From Octopus vulgaris (taxonomy: Eukaryota), in NCBI GenBank assembly GCA_951406725.2, contig OX597817.1, forward strand, positions 105,648,001 to 105,712,000: a DNA stretch of 64,000 nucleotides, in the 5' to 3' direction. The position numbers and the translations under genes are program-made. The notes beneath the pieces are model-generated. The model did no database searches, was not told the DNA's origin, and worked only from the letters and a program-made list of their open reading frames with translations. Shown piece by piece: positions 58,313 to 64,000 of the stretch. The stretch's first letter is position 1, and each line of letters opens with the position of its first letter.

Positions 58313-61300
58313 ATTGATAAGATGCATTCTGCTGATTGAATGCAGCCATTTTCCTGCATTTTGTTCTTTGGGACAATGAAATTATTAATAGAAGCAATTA
58401 CTGCTTTCTATCTAAACTATTCACTCTAAGAGTAAAATATTTCATCTTCTCTGGCACTCCATGTCATTGGAAGTTTATTACTATTCTTTCAGCTCTATTT
58501 ACAAACATTTCTATGAGCCTGACAAATTAATATATAATTGATTTCATATTGCAAACATTTTATTGATTATATTTATTTTATTCCAAATGTGCACACTTTT
58601 TTTTGAAAGGTATTATTTTTTCTAATTCTTTTTTTTTTGTATTTTTTTTAACAATTTTTCTATGAATTAAAAATATTGGAAAATAAGTTTCTATAAAAAT
58701 ATTGTCTTGCCTTAATTCTTTTTTGACTTAAAAGTACTTTCTTTTTGGCACCACAACCACCACCACCATCATCATCAGTAGTATCATAATTTTAGGAGCT
58801 ATATTTTGCTTGCCAGCTGAGTTGAACCAGTGTAGGTAACATAATGTGTCTCTAATCATTTTAGTTAAATATCATCATCATTTAACGTCCATTTTCCATG
58901 CTGGCATGGGTTGGATGGTTTGACTGGAGCTGGCAAACAGGAGAGCTGCACCAAGTTCCAGTTTGATTTGGCCTGGTTTCTACAGCTGGATGCCCTTCCT
59001 AATGCCAACCACTTTATAAAGTATGCTCTCTTCTTCAGTCAACTTACATCATCATTCTGCTTTACATATCCATACCAGCGCAATTTCGCCTTCTAAAAAC
59101 ACCAGCTGTCAGCTCTGATGCCTCACTACTTCCTCACAGGTCAATGATGGAGACTTTATGGTGTTTGTTTTGACCTGCTATGAACAGCAGCCAAATTTTC
59201 TTCAAATTTCACCCTATTTCATTAAAAATTGGACACATTGATATAATGGGGTCCTAGATAATTACTGTATTTGACGGGGAAAAGTGGGTGGTCATGACTG
59301 GAATGCTACGTTGATTAGATGTGTTTGATCAGAACTGGCCTGAAGCCAAACAACAACTACTTCAACTAATTTGAGCTCAATCTTTTACATAAATTGACAT
59401 TGTATTTTCAGTTCATTTTCTCTTCCCTGTCCTATAGAATTACAGTGTTTATCTAAACTGCTTATTACTTGCAGAGGAAATAACTCTCTATGCTTCTTCA
59501 ATTCTGATACTATTCAGGCTCTTAGATTGTCTAGGTTGCAGAACTTATAACTTCTTACGAGACTGTAGTTGTCATTTCATGTCTGACATTGCTTCTTTAT
59601 ATTTCAGTACTTTGGGTTCCAGTTCTTTGACAGCTTGCTAGATATCCCTCTTCTCCTTTTTAGTACAATTTGCTTACTGAAAAAACAATTTTTACTTTCT
59701 ACCAACTCCCTTACAATGATGTCATGTTCACTGCTAGTTTTTTCTGCTGTGTTATTTATTAATATCTTCATCTTTATACTGCTTTTCTTTTAGGCCCTTT
59801 GACATTTGTTGGCATTTCATATCTTAACCCTTTCGTCACTGTATTTATTTTGAGATGCTTTGTGTTTCTTTCAATTACTTTAAATATAGCAAAGAATTTA
59901 GTAAAATAACTTAGTTATCATTCAGCTAGTGTTAGGAACATAAATTGTGACTAAGGTTTGGTGGAAGATTTTAATTCAAAACTTATGAAAACAAGATATT
60001 TGTACTCAGAGCCAGAGCCAGTTTCAGCAGGTTTGGTAATAAAAGGTTTAAACTTGACCTGTGACTCTATGCATTGAGACCCAAAGTATCAACTTTTAAA
60101 TGCTTCCAGGCTCAGCCACTGTTACATGTAATTACTAATGATAAATTAGAAAATATGACAATCAATGAAATAAAAAATTTTTTTTAAACTCCTAAGTTAA
60201 TCTTATTAAGATATTAAACCTTATTTATTTTCTGAGCAATTGTGATGAGTGATTACACTCTAACAAAATTATTATTATTATTATTTTTTTGTTTTTGTCT
60301 TTGGTCAGTAATTGTTTTTTCCTATTTGCTGCTATTAAGAAATCAAAGGAAATTACTAGTATGCCTTTCAAACTTTGCTTTTGTGTTCTGGACATCACTG
60401 TTTTGAAACTGACCTATTACATTTCAAACAGATTCAGTGCTGAGTTGCTGAAGTAGAAATATTGTTATATAAATATTCTGTTCAATACCACAGATTTGCT
60501 TGCCACTTGCTTGATCATAACCACTCGAGCATGTCCCTTGATCATGAACAGGAATAGTAGGGGAACATCATAGCCATGTGTTGAGTGGGATTCTTTTGGG
60601 TTTGGATAAATGTAACAAAAGTAAAGTTTGAAGGGAATATTAACTATATTTTCATACTTTCAAGGGGTAAGCAAATAAATAACAGTTGCTACCCAAGGAC
60701 AAAAATTGTGTTACACAGTGTTAGTAGACATCAAAGACAAAAGCATAACTGGCTGGGACTTGAATCGTATCTTTTGCTTGCCATTTATTACTGATTATTC
60801 AATAGATAATTCTAATGACCATTTTCTATTTTTCTTTCATCTTGGGAGGGTCATTATGCCTATAATAATGACATGCACCAATTCAGTTTCACTTTTTTCT
60901 TATTCGTCAATTGGTTAGTTATTTAACCAACTAACTAATTGCTTGTTTGATTCATCATTCAGTCAATCAATCAATCAGTTGTGTTTGTCAGTGTTTTTGT
61001 TGTCGTTTGCTACCTTTTCATAGCCTCTTAATTCCAGGTCAGCTTCAAGTCTGCTTCAGGACTGTAGTTTTCTCTCTATGAACAAATAGGTCATTCTTAC
61101 TTCTGTTCAGGCTATAATAATTTTTTTAAAAAATTTTTTGTGAAGCTGACAAAAATTAGTGATATACAAGTATGTACTGATCACAATTTAGTAATATACC
61201 AAATATTTTTCTACACTTGTTATATGAGCCAATGAAAGAACAGCTACATGGTCATGTGAATCATCTAGGAATATAAACCAAATTTTTATGAATTTGTTTT

Positions 61301-62789
61301 TGAATCTCCCTGTGTATGGTGGAGGTAATTCATATATCTGTCAAAAGAAACAATGGCACCTCCTTAGCAGATATCTCTATGTGATTGATATGGTAAAAAG
61401 ATATGTCAAGGAATTCACACTGATTGCTTGCATGACCATATCAAGTTCGTTATGTAATCACATGATTCATGGTCTAATTTGATGGTGTAGCATCTTGGTC
61501 AAAAGTTTTCTGGTATTACCTTGAGTCAATCCAAGAACATATTGGATAATGTAGTTCAGGATACACAAAGCAAAAAAAGAAAAACACAATTCCCCCCTCC
61601 CTCCCCAAAAACCAGAAAGGTCATTGCTGGTTGATTTTGACAGTTGGTTCATTGATCAGAGCTGACCTGGAGTTAAACAACAGCAACTAATTTGCACACA
61701 TCAAGAGTGTCAGGTGATGACGTTACTATCATTTAAGTTGTCTCTGGGTTCCAAATTATAATTGTATCTTTAAAGTGTTTGTGTTTACATATATAGATAA
61801 ATATGCGTGTATATAAAAAAAGAAGGTGGCACAGAGGAGTAATAATTGTTAGAATTGAAGAAATGGAAGCTGAAGTTTTAGAATTTTTTTTTTTAATCTA
61901 GGGAAACCCCTTTTTTTAGGCACAACTCTTCTGATTATGATCTTTTAGCAGAGCCTCAAGCTTCGTGAGGAAGGAGAGTACAATTCCTGAATAACTGCAG
62001 GAGGGTATCAGGACAGTAATTCATCCTTAGACCAGGGAATTGGTTCCAATATTTGTGATGGAACATCTAAGTTGGTGGTTTTAAATCCACCACCTAAATA
62101 CAGTCTTTCTTCTGAGCTTTCACACAGCTTCATCCATAAGACATGGGTTGACCCTAAGCCACTGTACACTTAATAGTAGGAGCTTTTTTCCTTTCCCTAT
62201 TCTTCTGTCTTGTAAAATACCTGGTAACCTTACTAATGCCAGTGGCATGTAAAAATTATCCAGCACACACTGTAAAGTGGTTGGCGTGAGGAAGGGCATT
62301 CAGCCATAGAAATCATACTATAGCTTACACTGGAGCTCAACGTAGCTTTGCAGCTTGCTGGAGCTTGTCAAACTGTCCAACCCATGCCAGGATAGAAAAA
62401 TAGACGTAAAATTTTAATGTTGAGTTTGAATTTTTGTAATGAAAATATAGACGGAGATGGTGTGTTGTGCCAAGTATTTAGAATAGGGTTAGTGAAGAAA
62501 GGCAAGGTGGGTCCTAATGGTGTGTAAAGAATTGATATTCGTCATGTTAGTGTTGTGCACTGCAACAGAATGGTCAGATGGGAGCGTCTGATCTTGTGTG
62601 AGAATCTCTCATCTGTCACACCAAGTATCAACTTCTTTGTGTCATGAGCAAATTTTCAGTACTTAAGGTTTGATGTTGCAAGGCCAAAGAAAATAATCTG
62701 TCTAAGAATTAGAGCAAGGTTTTAATCTGGATAATGAGTTCCCTTAAGGCTCTGATGTGTTGATAATATTACAGAATATTAGTTTCTGT

Positions 62790-64000
62790 TGAGAAGTTAC
62801 TTTACAGAAGGACTTTATCAAGAAGTTCTTGTTTATCAGAGTGTGGTTTTCTTGAGCAATAATTCCTCATCTTTATCTTCAGTCTCTATTGTCATCAACA
62901 ACTGTTAACGCTTGGTTTCCAGGGTCTTCTGTTTCTTCGAGCCAGCATCCGATGTCATCTTCTTTGTGATATCTGCTTTTTCTGCTCTCTAAAGTCTGTG
63001 ATGAAAAATCACTTGCCTTGAATCTTTCAAAATCGTTTTATCCCAACACTGCACAGCATTGGCTAATGTGGTAGTCTCCAGTGCTTCTCATGAAGCAGCG
63101 AAATTGAACATTGCTGACTTTAGTTTATAGTTCTTGATGTTATTGAGAGTTCTTCGTTTTCATGCATCTTCCCTTATACTGTACTCTTCTATCACTCTGA
63201 GAACATCCAAGTATTTTTGTTGATATCGTTTACAGACGACAATTGTACCTTGATTTATTGGTTGGACTGTAGAGGTATCATTGGGAGGCAAGAACTTGCA
63301 CCTTATTTTACCCTCATTACTGACAAGCAGGTGATCACTTGGGCGAGTAGGTATATTGTCCAAAACTACTAATGCCTTTATCTCATCGGCAGAAAATTTG
63401 ATGACATTTTCATATTTCCACACTTCAGGAATAAAATGTGATAAAAATCAGTTGTTAAGAATATGCATATTAAACCATACTTTCTTGCTACGGTGATCGT
63501 TTGATGGTAGCTGGTAACATTATGCTTTTCAAATCTCACCACTAACTTTAAAAGACACCTCCCATCTATTTTCATGTAACATAGGGTTCGTTAGACATGG
63601 TATGAAGGTTTTTATTCTTAAACGTTTGGTTGTTCTAAAGTAACGGCTGCCAATACAGTCCAGTTAAATATCATAATACACTTCGAAAATTAGGAAATTT
63701 TCATCTAACCTATTCTATAATGGTTCGATCTTTGGTAATATGCTGCCTGCTTCAGAATGGTTAATTTTATTACCCATTCCATGATGATTTACAAATTGCC
63801 ATGCCCATCTGTCACTAACTTTGAAATTATTGATGCCCATTTGCCTAGCTGACTTGGCAGGAACATTTTGAATTTCTACATCAAAAGTTGTTACTACATG
63901 GTTATTGATGAATAAACCACTTCATCATTGGTCCTCAAAACTTGTATCTTTTGCAGCTTTCATATGCTTCGTTGCACCAACATAACTTAGCATTTGCATC
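62790..64000 (-). mobile_element. Decayed pogo/Tigger transposase (DDE_1), runs off the window
   Basis: ALVVLDNIPTRP...IRCKFLPPNDTSTVQPINQGTI; upstream ARQMGINNFKVSDRW resembles a CENP-B HTH. Confidence 0.85.

Noticed and set aside
641-63575. Most ORFs in the six-frame track as independent genes
   Set aside because: They are short and lie in SINEs, microsatellites or antisense to transposon remnants; the real coding sequence is spliced.
62790-64000. Domesticated Tigger-derived (TIGD/JRK-like) gene
   Set aside because: Multiple stops and frameshifts and degenerate catalytic motifs (QPINQG).

Overview
AT-rich eukaryotic genomic DNA. The SINE/RTE/microsatellite landscape looks like a coleoid cephalopod, probably Octopus (inference). 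The window is mostly one plus-strand gene, gamma-tubulin complex component 2 (TUBGCP2/GCP2). I traced 28 phase-consistent coding exons from 401 to the stop at 58310-58312 (about 838 codons); the N-terminal exon(s) lie upstream of the window. Two introns carry minor-spliceosome (U12) signals: a GT-AG intron (32190-35192) and an AT-start intron (from 24971) whose 3' end is ambiguous and possibly AT-AT. The introns are packed with decayed mobile elements: tRNA-headed SINEs, RTE and R4/Dong-like LINE remnants, two DD36E Tc1-like copies, mariner, pogo/Tigger, hAT and TTAA MITEs, a Helitron, a Helentron-type HINE containing a Gypsy integrase fragment, and Penelope-like pieces with hammerhead-ribozyme-like cores. 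There is also a U6 snRNA fragment fused to a retroposon 3' tail. Nearly all ORFs in the supplied track are repeat or low-complexity artefacts. Homology calls are from recalled sequence motifs, not database searches.
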